64,000 nucleotides of DNA from an uncultured virus (IMG/VR IMGVR_UViG_3300008266_011815) (taxonomy: Duplodnaviria > Heunggongvirae > Uroviricota > Caudoviricetes). The position numbers and the translations under genes were made by a program. The notes beneath the pieces were generated by a model. That model did not search any database and was not told where the DNA came from. It worked only from the letters and a program-made list of their open reading frames with translations. Every line of letters starts with the position of its first letter. Within the stretch, counting starts at the first letter, position 1. This document shows, in pieces, positions 30,337 to 39,660 of the stretch. The stretch lies in IMG/VR virus record IMGVR_UViG_3300008266_011815; one strand, given 5' to 3'.

Positions 30337-31720
30337 CGCTCAGGAATTAGATCCTTCACAGGTCTATACTACTAATAATTTAGTAGGTAATACTGGAAAT
30401 GCCTGGTCCGGCTGTTATACCAACCAGAGTGGATCTTTCTGGGGAGGAACATCGGGTGGTCCTTGTCCAGGTTACGATTCCAGTACCGGGCAAATTATTT
30501 TTAGTTATGGCCAATATACTCTAAGTCAGACTATAGCCATTAATCAAGCATTAGCCAATGCTGGCACAGGTTTACAAATTAATGGTTATAATTATTCCTG
30601 GAGTGTAAAAAATTCTAACATCAACGGACAGCAACCAGGCGGGTTTGATCCTATCACCTACGTTGATGTTAATCTCTATAGTAATACAGGTTCATTATTA
30701 GTTAATGACAGATATAATTATGGTTATCATATTCCAAATTGGACTTCATTCTCTGGAACAAGAACATATGACAATCCCTACTCTTTATCGGCAGTAAGCA
30801 ATATACAATTAGCAGTTACTAGTCGAGACTCTGGATATTGGGCAGGACACTACGGGCCAGAATTTATGAATTTCAGTCTTAGTCTAAATTATAGTGTAGA
30901 TCCTTGCGTTTCTAATCCTTTGTATAGTCCTAGTTGTTCAGGGTACGGCGCTGCCTTTGTAGCATCTCTAAATTCAAATACTGCCAGTACACCTACTGTA
31001 ACTTATAACGCAGCTTCTGGTTATACTAATATAAATCTAGCACCTGATAGTACACGTACAGATCCTACTGTGCAAAATGCCGGTGGTGTTGAATTAACAA
31101 CTTCAGGAGAATTAAGTGCTCCTGATGGCGTTCCTACTGTAACAAAAGAATCATCAAAAGAAAATAAAAAACAGCAACAACAGATAATATCAATGTCTAA
31201 TTCTATAGCATTAAACACTATTGCTAAAAATGAAAAACGCGAACAAAGTATAATTAAAAATATTCAAGAACAGAGTTTGTTACAATCGGTAATTGAACAA
31301 CAAAGTGTAGTAGAATCTATTTTAAGAGAACAAGCTGTACAAAAAAGAAATGACACAGGTACTTCAGAGACGGTTACTCAGCCGAGTAGTTCTACACAAT
31401 CAGGACCTTTAAATTCTATAAATCAAAGTTCTAATCCTAAACCAGCAGATACATCCACTCAAACTACAGGGCCAACTGTAAATAAAAATGTACAACCAAA
31501 TACAGCAGCCGGCAACATGGACATTGCCGCAATAGCACAAACACCACAAGGATTTGAGTTGTACATGAATGGTATGCGCGATGGACAGTTTTACACACCT
31601 AAAGAAATTTATAAGGGACAGCGTACAGTAGATAATGCTAGAGCTGAACGTTTTTTAAATGGTAAGAGCGATGTTCTACATCAGATGATGATAGAACAAC
31701 AGTATAACATAGGAAATTAA
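30272..31720 (+). CDS. secreted protein
   Basis: Signal peptide; WAGHYGP and DPC..PLYSPSC.GY motifs. Confidence 0.7.
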   Translation: MISIRKLVGVLYLASFFSVCSNAQELDPSQVYTTNNLVGNTGNAWSGCYTNQSGSFWGGTSGGPCPGYDSSTGQIIFSYGQYTLSQTIAINQALANAGTGLQINGYNYSWSVKNSNINGQQPGGFDPITYVDVNLYSNTGSLLVNDRYNYGYHIPNWTSFSGTRTYDNPYSLSAVSNIQLAVTSRDSGYWAGHYGPEFMNFSLSLNYSVDPCVSNPLYSPSCSGYGAAFVASLNSNTASTPTVTYNAASGYTNINLAPDSTRTDPTVQNAGGVELTTSGELSAPDGVPTVTKESSKENKKQQQQIISMSNSIALNTIAKNEKREQSIIKNIQEQSLLQSVIEQQSVVESILREQAVQKRNDTGTSETVTQPSSSTQSGPLNSINQSSNPKPADTSTQTTGPTVNKNVQPNTAAGNMDIAAIAQTPQGFELYMNGMRDGQFYTPKEIYKGQRTVDNARAERFLNGKSDVLHQMMIEQQYNIGN

Positions 31721-31721
31721 T

Positions 31722-32345
31722 ATGAGTAACAAAAACATAGACGAACAAGTCGACAAATTAGAAGAAGCAGCAGAAAAATATGCTAGTGCTAACACTGTGA
31801 TTAGTATTGGTGGATATGAGTTTACACCTGCTAAACTAATGATAGCTGGTACTATAGTCAGTACTATACTAGGTGGTCTTTATGGAGCATTTGAAGTGTA
31901 TAAAGATTACATGGATATGAAAGATAAGATAGCAAACTATGTAGCACCTGACCTTAGCGAACTTGAAAAGAAATTAGAAGTTATTGAAGCTAGTGTAAAC
32001 AAGAGTACAGAATATACACAGGATATTAAAAACGATTTAAAGAATGATATACGTCGTTTAGAAACTGTAGTCGAGAACGTAGAACGTAGTAGCAAAAGTG
32101 GGCTGCGTGATGCTGACCAAACAGTAAACAGCACTAAAAAAGAAGTTGATTCGGCTGTAAAAGAAATACGTAAAGAAAGCGACAACGCCATTAAAGATAT
32201 ACGTCGTTACAGTGATCAAACTATCAAAGAGATCAATCAAGAACTTACACGTAACCAAAAAGAAACACAACAAGAAATTAAACAACTACGACGGGAAATT
32301 GACGATAAGATTAAAAAAGCCTTGGATAATCCTCTAGCCAATTAA
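31722..32345 (+). CDS. TM plus coiled-coil protein
   Basis: One TM, long heptads, ends ALDNPLAN. Confidence 0.75.
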   Translation: MSNKNIDEQVDKLEEAAEKYASANTVISIGGYEFTPAKLMIAGTIVSTILGGLYGAFEVYKDYMDMKDKIANYVAPDLSELEKKLEVIEASVNKSTEYTQDIKNDLKNDIRRLETVVENVERSSKSGLRDADQTVNSTKKEVDSAVKEIRKESDNAIKDIRRYSDQTIKEINQELTRNQKETQQEIKQLRREIDDKIKKALDNPLAN

Positions 32346-32369
32346 TAAATAAAGTTTTAGGGACCTAAA

Positions 32370-32708
32370 ATGAAGACCTTGTTAGCTGCCATCTTACTGG
32401 CTACCGTCACTCTAGCAGCTAACGCTGAACCTAGAAGCAGACAAGTTAAAGCCATGTGCGGAAGCTTTGAAGATGTAGAAGCAACTATGGAAAAATACGG
32501 AGAAAAGTTAGTTATAGCTACTCAAGCTCCTAATGAACTCACTGTTAATTTACTCTACGTAAATTTTGAAACACACACAAGTAGTTGGTTTATACACGAT
32601 TTACAAACAGACGAATATTGTATGATAGGTGTAGGCAAAGAAATTTATACACCTAAAGAAAGTCCGCTTAATAATTTAAGTATAGGAACTAGAGTAATTT
32701 ATAAGTAA
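32370..32708 (+). CDS. secreted hypothetical protein
   Basis: Signal peptide; followed by a terminator. Confidence 0.75.
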   Translation: MKTLLAAILLATVTLAANAEPRSRQVKAMCGSFEDVEATMEKYGEKLVIATQAPNELTVNLLYVNFETHTSSWFIHDLQTDEYCMIGVGKEIYTPKESPLNNLSIGTRVIYK

Positions 32709-32733
32709 GCCTGGTTAGTCCAGGCTTTTTTTT
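32707..32733 (+). terminator. rho-independent terminator
   Basis: AAGCCTGG-ttagt-CCAGGCTT plus T run. Confidence 0.85.
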
Positions 32734-32991
32734 GGAGTAAAATATGTCATGGTTCTCGCACAAATCTAAACGTTACCCAACACCACCCTCTCCACCGGAG
32801 CCTTACCGTACTCCGGCGATGTTCCTTTACTGGTAAGAGATTTTAGGACTGGGCTTAAAAAAGAAACAGTACTGGCCAAGGTTATTAATCGAACAGAAAA
32901 AGAAGGCGCAAGAAGTCCTGGGTATGTAAAAGGGGGTGTTGGTAAGGAAGGTCAAACAGCGATACTAGAAAAACTAGGCATAGAAAATCCT

Positions 32992-33675
32992 GTGTTTACC
33001 AAAATGGATCTACCAGATAGCACATTTGCCTTTCACGGTGATCCACACATATTCATACCTCCTCCAGACAGTAGTGTATACTGGAGTCCTAAAATTGAAG
33101 ATCTAGGCGGACAACGTCTAGCCGGTGAAAAAAGAGAACTTGGTAAGACTACCGTTGTAGGCTGGATGGCTAAAGAAGCAGACAAGTGGGCAGCAACTTA
33201 TCAAAATGAAATGCCTACAGAGTTCACCCGTAATGAAGTCATATGGGACTGTGAATTTTACTATCTGTTAAACATACAAGAGTTCCTACATCGTTTCAGT
33301 GGTAAAGCAAATAAGATGAGTCTAACTGCTGGCAGCGTCGGTAGTAAAAAGATTGATCCTAGTGTGTGGGCAGAACGTGTTCGTTCGTATAGTGATGTTG
33401 CTAATTTTCTACGTAAGTATGGTGTAAGTTATGTACAGTGGTATAAAGATAACGTAGAAGGAAAGAGTCCAAGCGAACGACAGTCAGCAATGGCTAACAA
33501 GCCTCAAAAGCCAACCTGGGAAGTAAAATCAGAAACTGGTCGTAGTGTTGCAGTATCAGCCAACGATGAGCAAGAAGCAATTTATCAAGCACTAAACAGT
33601 CGAGGCGCCACTGGACAACATGGTACGTTTCCTAACGGTCGAGAAAGTATTGTCAGTGTTGAGAAGAAAGCGTAA
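32992..33675 (+). CDS. hypothetical protein (frame open from 32770; true start unclear)
   Basis: 227 aa from a GTG; upstream in-frame extension looks coding. Confidence 0.6.
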   Translation: MFTKMDLPDSTFAFHGDPHIFIPPPDSSVYWSPKIEDLGGQRLAGEKRELGKTTVVGWMAKEADKWAATYQNEMPTEFTRNEVIWDCEFYYLLNIQEFLHRFSGKANKMSLTAGSVGSKKIDPSVWAERVRSYSDVANFLRKYGVSYVQWYKDNVEGKSPSERQSAMANKPQKPTWEVKSETGRSVAVSANDEQEAIYQALNSRGATGQHGTFPNGRESIVSVEKKA

Positions 33676-33684
33676 CCTTTCTTC

Positions 33685-33825
33685 TTATCTTCCTTGACCT
33701 CGATAGGCTTTATGAGTCTTTTTTTCAGTTTTATTCATTGAACTTGTTTTAACTTTGCCGCCCTGCTTAGTTAATTTTACAACAGAAGTGTGTGCCAGTG
33801 CACCAGTACCTTTTGCTTTAGCCAT
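33685..33825 (-). CDS. small basic protein
   Basis: MAKAKGTGALAHTSVVKLTKQGGKVKTSSMNKTEKKTHKAYRGQGR; GAGGA RBS. Confidence 0.7.
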   Translation of the reverse strand: MAKAKGTGALAHTSVVKLTKQGGKVKTSSMNKTEKKTHKAYRGQGR

Positions 33826-33979
33826 TTATTTCTTCCTCATTATTTTTACAATCTATGCATAGACATTCATTACAATCGCAATCATCTGTAAGACAACTAT
33901 GACCACAGTGCTTATGACATCCGCACGAACATTTATTAGGTTTTATGTACGAAGTATTATCGTCGAAAACTAGCTCCAT
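33818..33979 (-). CDS. Cys/His-rich metallothionein-like protein
   Basis: MELVFDDNTSYIKPNKCSCGCHKHCGHSCLTDDCDCNECLCIDCKNNEEEING; CAGGAG RBS. Confidence 0.7.
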   Translation of the reverse strand: MELVFDDNTSYIKPNKCSCGCHKHCGHSCLTDDCDCNECLCIDCKNNEEEING

Positions 33980-34001
33980 AATTTACTCCTGGAAACTTTA
34001 T

Positions 34002-35096
34002 TTATTTTGATTCAAGAGTGCTGTTATGCTGATTTTGAGATTTTATGCCATTTAGCTCAGTACCACAAATCAAACTGCATCTCTCTAATCTGCTGTTATT
34101 TGTCCAACTGTCCTGAAACAGTCTAAAAAACTCGCCCGAAACAATACTATTCAAATTAGTATAATTTAGATTCAACATTTTCATGCCTCCAGCACGATCA
34201 ATAATATCGTATAATTTATCGTGATCACTGTGCTGTTCAGCTTCGTATCCATACATACGATCATGTATCCACCCACAGGGAAATACCAGTCCTTCGGCGC
34301 TGATGTAAATTTGTTTAGCTGCTTTTTCGTGGCAGTTTATTTCAGTGGTTTGTAAATAATTTTTAAAGTTATTGTATTTTTTATCTAAAAATTTTATTGT
34401 TTGATAGCCTTCGTTAATATAATCAGAGTTAGAAGGCATTTCTAAGTAGTATTCTACTTTTTCATCTTTTGACAATACTGCATACCTATCTTGATATTCA
34501 TGATTTTTATTAAAAAATCTCCATGTCTTTTTTACAATAATATCTTGAAATCCAAGTTCTTTAGATAACAATCTAGCTTCGTCAACTTGGTGCTGGTTAT
34601 GTTTGAAAACTATAAAACTCCAGTAGGCCTTGCCGCCAGCAGAAATAAAAGACTTTGCATTTTCTATTACCTTCTCGTAATTTACTCCTCTTCTATACAG
34701 ATGATTAGTATCTTCAAGACCGTCAATTCCAAACACAACATGATCTTTATCTGATAACACACTGGCTAATTTTTTCCACCAATGATTATCTCTAATTCCG
34801 CCATTAGTTTTAATTTCTATTTTAACTTTAGGATTAACAGTTTTAATCCATTCAATAATAGATATTAAATTATTATTCATAATTGGATCGCCGTAGGTTC
34901 CGCAGAAATCAATACGTCTCATTGATAACCAAACAGATTCTGGCAAATATTTCTTAACCCAGTCTAGGTCAATTTGAACAATAGGAAGATTAGGCCATGT
35001 ATAACTACCGTAATAATTTCTAGGACATTGAGGACAAGCTGCATTACACGCAGATGTAATTTCCCATTCTATGCTATCAAATAAGTATGGAGTCAT
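34002..35096 (-). CDS. radical SAM protein with SPASM/twitch-like C-terminus
   Basis: CNAACPQC, CGTYGDP, TNG, IDGL, YISAEG.VFPC, C...C. Confidence 0.9.
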   Translation of the reverse strand: MTPYLFDSIEWEITSACNAACPQCPRNYYGSYTWPNLPIVQIDLDWVKKYLPESVWLSMRRIDFCGTYGDPIMNNNLISIIEWIKTVNPKVKIEIKTNGGIRDNHWWKKLASVLSDKDHVVFGIDGLEDTNHLYRRGVNYEKVIENAKSFISAGGKAYWSFIVFKHNQHQVDEARLLSKELGFQDIIVKKTWRFFNKNHEYQDRYAVLSKDEKVEYYLEMPSNSDYINEGYQTIKFLDKKYNNFKNYLQTTEINCHEKAAKQIYISAEGLVFPCGWIHDRMYGYEAEQHSDHDKLYDIIDRAGGMKMLNLNYTNLNSIVSGEFFRLFQDSWTNNSRLERCSLICGTELNGIKSQNQHNSTLESK

Positions 35097-35659
35097 TGTG
35101 ATTTCTTAATTTTAATATTTAAAACATCTATGCCGCTGGGCAGAGTACAAAGGTAGTATAATGTATCAATTACATGATCTATCTTCATACCCATAGATGG
35201 ATTCATATTACTTACAAAAGCTGATGGATCAAATGCAGTGACTTTAGTATTACTGGTTCCACTATGGCTCATTGACATTAAAAAATTAGTAACAGCCTGT
35301 TTGCTAGAATTATAGAACAATCGATCTTTTTCAATATTAGGCCAACTTGTCCAAGTTCCAGCATAACTGCTAACGACGATAACTCTGTCAACTTGAGAAG
35401 ATTCGTATAAAGCGTGAGCGATGTAATTTGTACCAACAGTATTAGTAAGATAAGTTTCCCATAAATCTGAAGACATGATACCAGCGGTAAGAACAACTAG
35501 ATCAAACTTGTTTAATTCTGATATTAATGTTTGACAAGATTCCTTATCTGAAATATCATAATCTGGTCTAAAGAATGTACTGATAGAAAATTTATCTTGA
35601 TATTTTTTTATGAACGATCTTGCTAGAGTACTATTACCAACAATGGCTAATGTTCTCAT
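35093..35659 (-). CDS. short-chain dehydrogenase/reductase
   Basis: Rossmann start, LTAG, VSS, YNSSK. Confidence 0.8.
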   Translation of the reverse strand: MRTLAIVGNSTLARSFIKKYQDKFSISTFFRPDYDISDKESCQTLISELNKFDLVVLTAGIMSSDLWETYLTNTVGTNYIAHALYESSQVDRVIVVSSYAGTWTSWPNIEKDRLFYNSSKQAVTNFLMSMSHSGTSNTKVTAFDPSAFVSNMNPSMGMKIDHVIDTLYYLCTLPSGIDVLNIKIKKSQ

Positions 35660-36198
35660 TGTTCACTTTCTAATTTAAAGTTTTTGCCTAATCGAAGAGC
35701 TATAGTAATTCTTGGTAGGTTAGTTGTTTTTAATACTACATTGTGCGGAGTTTTTACATTTAATAAAGTAGGCTGAATTATTTCAACTTTTTCAATAAGG
35801 GTACTGATCTCTGGATCAAAACTCATGTATGTTACAGATGTGTTGGGTACAACTTTCATTGTGGCAGGTGCCGACACTTCATAAAATGCAGTGTAAGTAT
35901 CTTTAGTGTTCTTAATTGGTAAATTTAAACTGTATTCAAAATCACCAGTGTCTTGATGTATAGGAAGATCTTGATAGTTAACCACAATGGCTGTTCCGAT
36001 CCAATAATCATACCAACCTAATCGTTTCATTTCTTCAGCTAACTCTGGAATTTTTTTAAATCTATCTGGCAAAAAATTATAGTCGTCTAAGTAGTAAAGG
36101 TGAGTATGAGAAGGTAAACCGCCATCCTCTATTACCTTTAAAGCTTTTTCTGTTATAATTTGTAAATTATTAATTTCAATATGTCTAAAGTTTTTCAT
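35656..36198 (-). CDS. cupin/2OG-Fe(II) dioxygenase-like protein
   Basis: PIHQD...PHNV...PRITIAL. Confidence 0.65.
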   Translation of the reverse strand: MKNFRHIEINNLQIITEKALKVIEDGGLPSHTHLYYLDDYNFLPDRFKKIPELAEEMKRLGWYDYWIGTAIVVNYQDLPIHQDTGDFEYSLNLPIKNTKDTYTAFYEVSAPATMKVVPNTSVTYMSFDPEISTLIEKVEIIQPTLLNVKTPHNVVLKTTNLPRITIALRLGKNFKLESEQ

Positions 36199-36755
36199 AT
36201 AAGGCATTCTTTAAAAATTTCAAGGGCTCGATCAAATTCTAAATGATCTGCAGGATCATTATTTAAATCAAGTAAAGTGTAACTAAGAGTCCATCTTTGT
36301 TTGTCGGTAAAATTAGTTGCATTATGCGGAATTCCAGCATTAACCAAATACCAACCTGCAATACACTCTGTATATTCTAAATCAACTTCTTCAGATTTGA
36401 ATCTTAAATAATCAGTTTTGAGCATAGTTTGAGAAGCCATCTTTTTCTTAAACTGCTCTTTAGGGGTAAACCAGTTCATTACACTCAACGGATCACAGAT
36501 ACAAAAATTTAATTTGGTCATATTGCTGTAGACATTTCTATCCACATGAATGTATAATTCTTGTTGTGGCGGAGTGTAAAAAATTTCATAAAATTTTACA
36601 TGAAGATTTTTTGAAGATAAAAAACTAATCAATTTTTTATCAATAGTAGACCAGGGCGGTCTAATCATGTACACTCGTTCTTCGTAATTTGTCGGAGGAA
36701 AATTTTTAAGATTTACTTCAAAAGGTAATTGAATTTTTCTACAAAATTTGTTCAT
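36195..36755 (-). CDS. cupin/2OG-Fe(II) dioxygenase-like protein
   Basis: IHVD...PHNATN...RWTLS. Confidence 0.65.
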   Translation of the reverse strand: MNKFCRKIQLPFEVNLKNFPPTNYEERVYMIRPPWSTIDKKLISFLSSKNLHVKFYEIFYTPPQQELYIHVDRNVYSNMTKLNFCICDPLSVMNWFTPKEQFKKKMASQTMLKTDYLRFKSEEVDLEYTECIAGWYLVNAGIPHNATNFTDKQRWTLSYTLLDLNNDPADHLEFDRALEIFKECLI

Positions 36756-36820
36756 ACCTTATTTACTTTTAAATTTTTAGAGCTCAAAAAAAACAATAAA
36801 TATCAAAAACAAGGAATACT

Positions 36821-37357
36821 ATGAACAACTATTTTCACAAATTTCATTTAGAGATATATCCATTTGATTATGAAAGTCTCAAAGGGGATCTTTTTACTGA
36901 GTTCGTTTCGAAAGAAAACGGAACAGGTATTCATTACTACATGCCTACTAACTTAGAAAAATTTATATCCCTACATCCAAAACCATTTTGTAAAATTCGT
37001 CCTGAAGGAGCATTTATTACAGAAGTAACAGGACAGGGATTGCTAGATCCGCATGTTGACCATACTATTAAATGTTGTATCAATTATTATTTTGAACCAA
37101 ATGGTTCGACAACTAGCTTTCATATACCAAAAGAATCTGCAGCAGCAAAATTGTATCCAGGACAAGAAAATGCAAATCTTTATCGAATTGACGATGTAGA
37201 AGAAGTTGCACAATTCACTGCTGAAAAGAATGATGCATATGTTCTTAATGTAAGTAAAATTCATTCAGTGTACAGTCCAAATCCAGGAACTAGAAAGTTT
37301 ATCAGTTACAATTGGGTAAATTACAGTTTTGAAGAAATCGTAGCCAATCTTTGCTAA
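36821..37357 (+). CDS. cupin/2OG-Fe(II) dioxygenase-like protein
   Basis: PHVD...IHSV...RKFIS. Confidence 0.65.
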   Translation: MNNYFHKFHLEIYPFDYESLKGDLFTEFVSKENGTGIHYYMPTNLEKFISLHPKPFCKIRPEGAFITEVTGQGLLDPHVDHTIKCCINYYFEPNGSTTSFHIPKESAAAKLYPGQENANLYRIDDVEEVAQFTAEKNDAYVLNVSKIHSVYSPNPGTRKFISYNWVNYSFEEIVANLC

Positions 37358-37432
37358 AATGAGAGTTAATGATTTGACAAACACAAGCAGTGAATAAATA
37401 ATATACATGTTTTAATTACTTAGGAGACCAAA

Positions 37433-37501
37433 ATGGGTTATAGAGCAAAATCACCAGTTAAAGCAGCAGCACGTCGAGCACTACGTAAAAGGCAAAAATA
37501 A
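37433..37501 (+). CDS. 22-aa basic peptide
   Basis: MGYRAKSPVKAAARRALRKRQK; TAGGAG RBS. Confidence 0.65.
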   Translation: MGYRAKSPVKAAARRALRKRQK

Positions 37502-37581
37502 TGGCTAAGTTTAGAGCACATCATCCTCGCAGTATTAAAGCTACTGCACGTAGAGTTCTACGCAAGGCGAAACGGAGATAA
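37501..37581 (+). CDS. 26-aa basic peptide, paralog of the previous one
   Basis: MAKFRAHHPRSIKATARRVLRKAKRR; TAATG coupling. Confidence 0.65.
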   Translation: MAKFRAHHPRSIKATARRVLRKAKRR

Positions 37582-37879
37582 TATATCTCCCTAGGTCCGT
37601 TGTAAGGAAGTTTAATGACCGGTTATATTTTATTTTTACTATTTTGGCTAGTGTTTGGGGTATTATATCTTTCACGAGATAAAACATTAGACGACGAAAA
37701 AATAAAAAACTGCGAGTTGTGGTAATTATGATCAAGTCATTAATAATCTGGATAGTAGTATTAATAGTTAGTGTGATTTTAAGCATTTGTTTCACTACAT
37801 ATTTGTACAATAAAAATATCCGGATATCTCGCAAGAAATAATATCTTTAGGTTATTCTAAAGGTAGGAAGATATTGTAG

Positions 37880-38205
37880 TACAACGCCTAAGAAGAAAGA
37901 TTGGACAAGACCCGGGGGCGGTACCCGGCCGGTCCACCAAAAAGATTTTTATGGATCAATGGGATAATTATATACCTCCCTTAAACTTGTGGAACTATTC
38001 GTTATTTAACGAATGGTTGGAAGAGTTCAAAGAGAATCTTATTGATGGGCCGGAAATAGTATCGATTGACGAGCAAGTATTCAAAGGATCTACACGGTAG
38101 GCGATCTCCGTAAAAGAAGCAAAACTATAACTGCAAACGACAGTTACTACGCAATGGCTGCTTGATAGCCATGCTGGGGCAGCTATGCCTTATTACCAAA
38201 AATAG
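37880..38205 (+). ncRNA. ssrA: circularly permuted (two-piece) tmRNA
   Basis: Acceptor piece GACCCGGGGGCGGTACCCGGCCGGTCCACCA ends at 37939; coding piece starts GGGCCGG at 38047 (G3:U70); tag ANDSYYAMAA* at 38133-38165; outer ends approximate. Confidence 0.9.
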
Positions 38206-38207
38206 TT

Positions 38208-38230
38208 ACAGGGTCTTCGGACCCTGTTTT
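38208..38230 (+). terminator. terminator after tmRNA
   Basis: ACAGGGTC-ttcg-GACCCTGT-TTT. Confidence 0.85.
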
Positions 38231-38261
38231 ACTAAATACTATTATGTGCTAACATAATATC

Positions 38262-38912
38262 ATGAAACCTAGAATAGCTTTATTCCTGCACCAACCTAGA
38301 TGTTCAATTCAATGCGCAAATGGAATGATCAAAGCATTTGAAGACAACTATAATCTTAAAGTTTTCACCAAACACGAACTTGAAGATGATTTTTTTGACG
38401 ACGTAGATATTGTTGCGTTTCCAGGTGGAGATGGTGACTCAGAATCTTGGCATTATCTTATGACACATCATGCTCCAAGAATACGTAAATTTGTGGCTCG
38501 CGGTGGCCGCTATCTTGGTATATGTATGGGAGCATATTGGGCAGGGTCGCACTACTTCAATATACTCAATAATGTAGATGCAGTACAATACATTACACGA
38601 CCTAACACTTGTACTCGTAGACCACACGCTAAAGCCATGCCAGTAACATGGTTCGGTGAACAACTAAAAATGTATTTCTACGATGGCTGCGCTCTAGTTG
38701 GTGATTCGACTAAATTTGAAACAGTAGCCACTTACTCAAATGGCGATCCGATGGCTATAATTCAAGGACGTATTGGATTAATTGGTTGCCATCCTGAAGC
38801 CGAATATAACTGGTATCAGTTACAATCTTGGATGAAACGTGAGTGGCATGGCGGGCAACACGACCTATTATTAAATTTTGTTGACTATTTGATGAAATCG
38901 AACAACAAATAA
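38262..38912 (+). CDS. BPL_N / class I glutamine amidotransferase-like protein
   Basis: FPGG, GGRYLGICMGAY, GCHPE. Confidence 0.85.
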   Translation: MKPRIALFLHQPRCSIQCANGMIKAFEDNYNLKVFTKHELEDDFFDDVDIVAFPGGDGDSESWHYLMTHHAPRIRKFVARGGRYLGICMGAYWAGSHYFNILNNVDAVQYITRPNTCTRRPHAKAMPVTWFGEQLKMYFYDGCALVGDSTKFETVATYSNGDPMAIIQGRIGLIGCHPEAEYNWYQLQSWMKREWHGGQHDLLLNFVDYLMKSNNK

Positions 38913-38959
38913 AATCCTGTAGCTTTTAACAACTATATATTATATTAATAAAAGGAATA

Positions 38960-39601
38960 ATGATGTCAGACCTACTTAATAAATTACAGTGGCGCTATGC
39001 TACAAAAAAAATGGATCCTAATAAATCAGTGCCTCAAGATAAAGTAGATAAAATCTTAGAAGCAGCTCGACTTACCCCCACTTCTAGCGGACTTCAACCA
39101 TTTGAAATTATTTGTATTACTAACTCAGAAATTAGAAACAAAATTAAAGAAGCAGCTAATAACCAATCTCAAATTACAGAAGGATCTCATTTATTAGTAT
39201 TTGCGGCATGGGACACATATACTGCTGATAGAATTAATTATATGTTTGATCTTACTAACAGCGAAAGAGGATTTACTAATGAAGGTTGGGAAGGTTATAG
39301 ACATCATTTGTTGACTACGTATCTAAACAGAGATAAATTAACGAACTTTGAACATGCTGCTAGACAAGCTTACCTAGCATTGTCATCTGCATTAATTGCT
39401 GCTGCATTTGAAGAAGTTGACAGTACTCCGATGGAGGGATTTCATCCTCCGGCAGTAGATGCAATTTTAGATTTAAATTCTAAAGGTTTAAAAAGTGTAG
39501 CACTGATGTCAATTGGTTATCGAGAATCAGGACAAGACTGGCTAGAAAATCTTAAAAAAGTTAGAAAACCTTTAGATAAATTTGTTACTGTAATTGATTA
39601 A
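38960..39601 (+). CDS. nitroreductase family protein
   Basis: WRYATKK, PTSSGLQP, DSTPMEGF, IGYR. Confidence 0.93.
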   Translation: MMSDLLNKLQWRYATKKMDPNKSVPQDKVDKILEAARLTPTSSGLQPFEIICITNSEIRNKIKEAANNQSQITEGSHLLVFAAWDTYTADRINYMFDLTNSERGFTNEGWEGYRHHLLTTYLNRDKLTNFEHAARQAYLALSSALIAAAFEEVDSTPMEGFHPPAVDAILDLNSKGLKSVALMSIGYRESGQDWLENLKKVRKPLDKFVTVID

Positions 39602-39620
39602 TTTTTTAAAAAAATTAGAT

Positions 39621-39654
39621 TTGTAATACTGCTGTAATCATTTTGTGTTTAAAT
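39621..39654 (+). promoter_or_regulatory. Pho-box-like 11-bp repeats
   Basis: TTGTAATACTG/CTGTAATCATT/TTGTGTTTAAA. Confidence 0.7.
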
Positions 39655-39660
39655 AAGATT

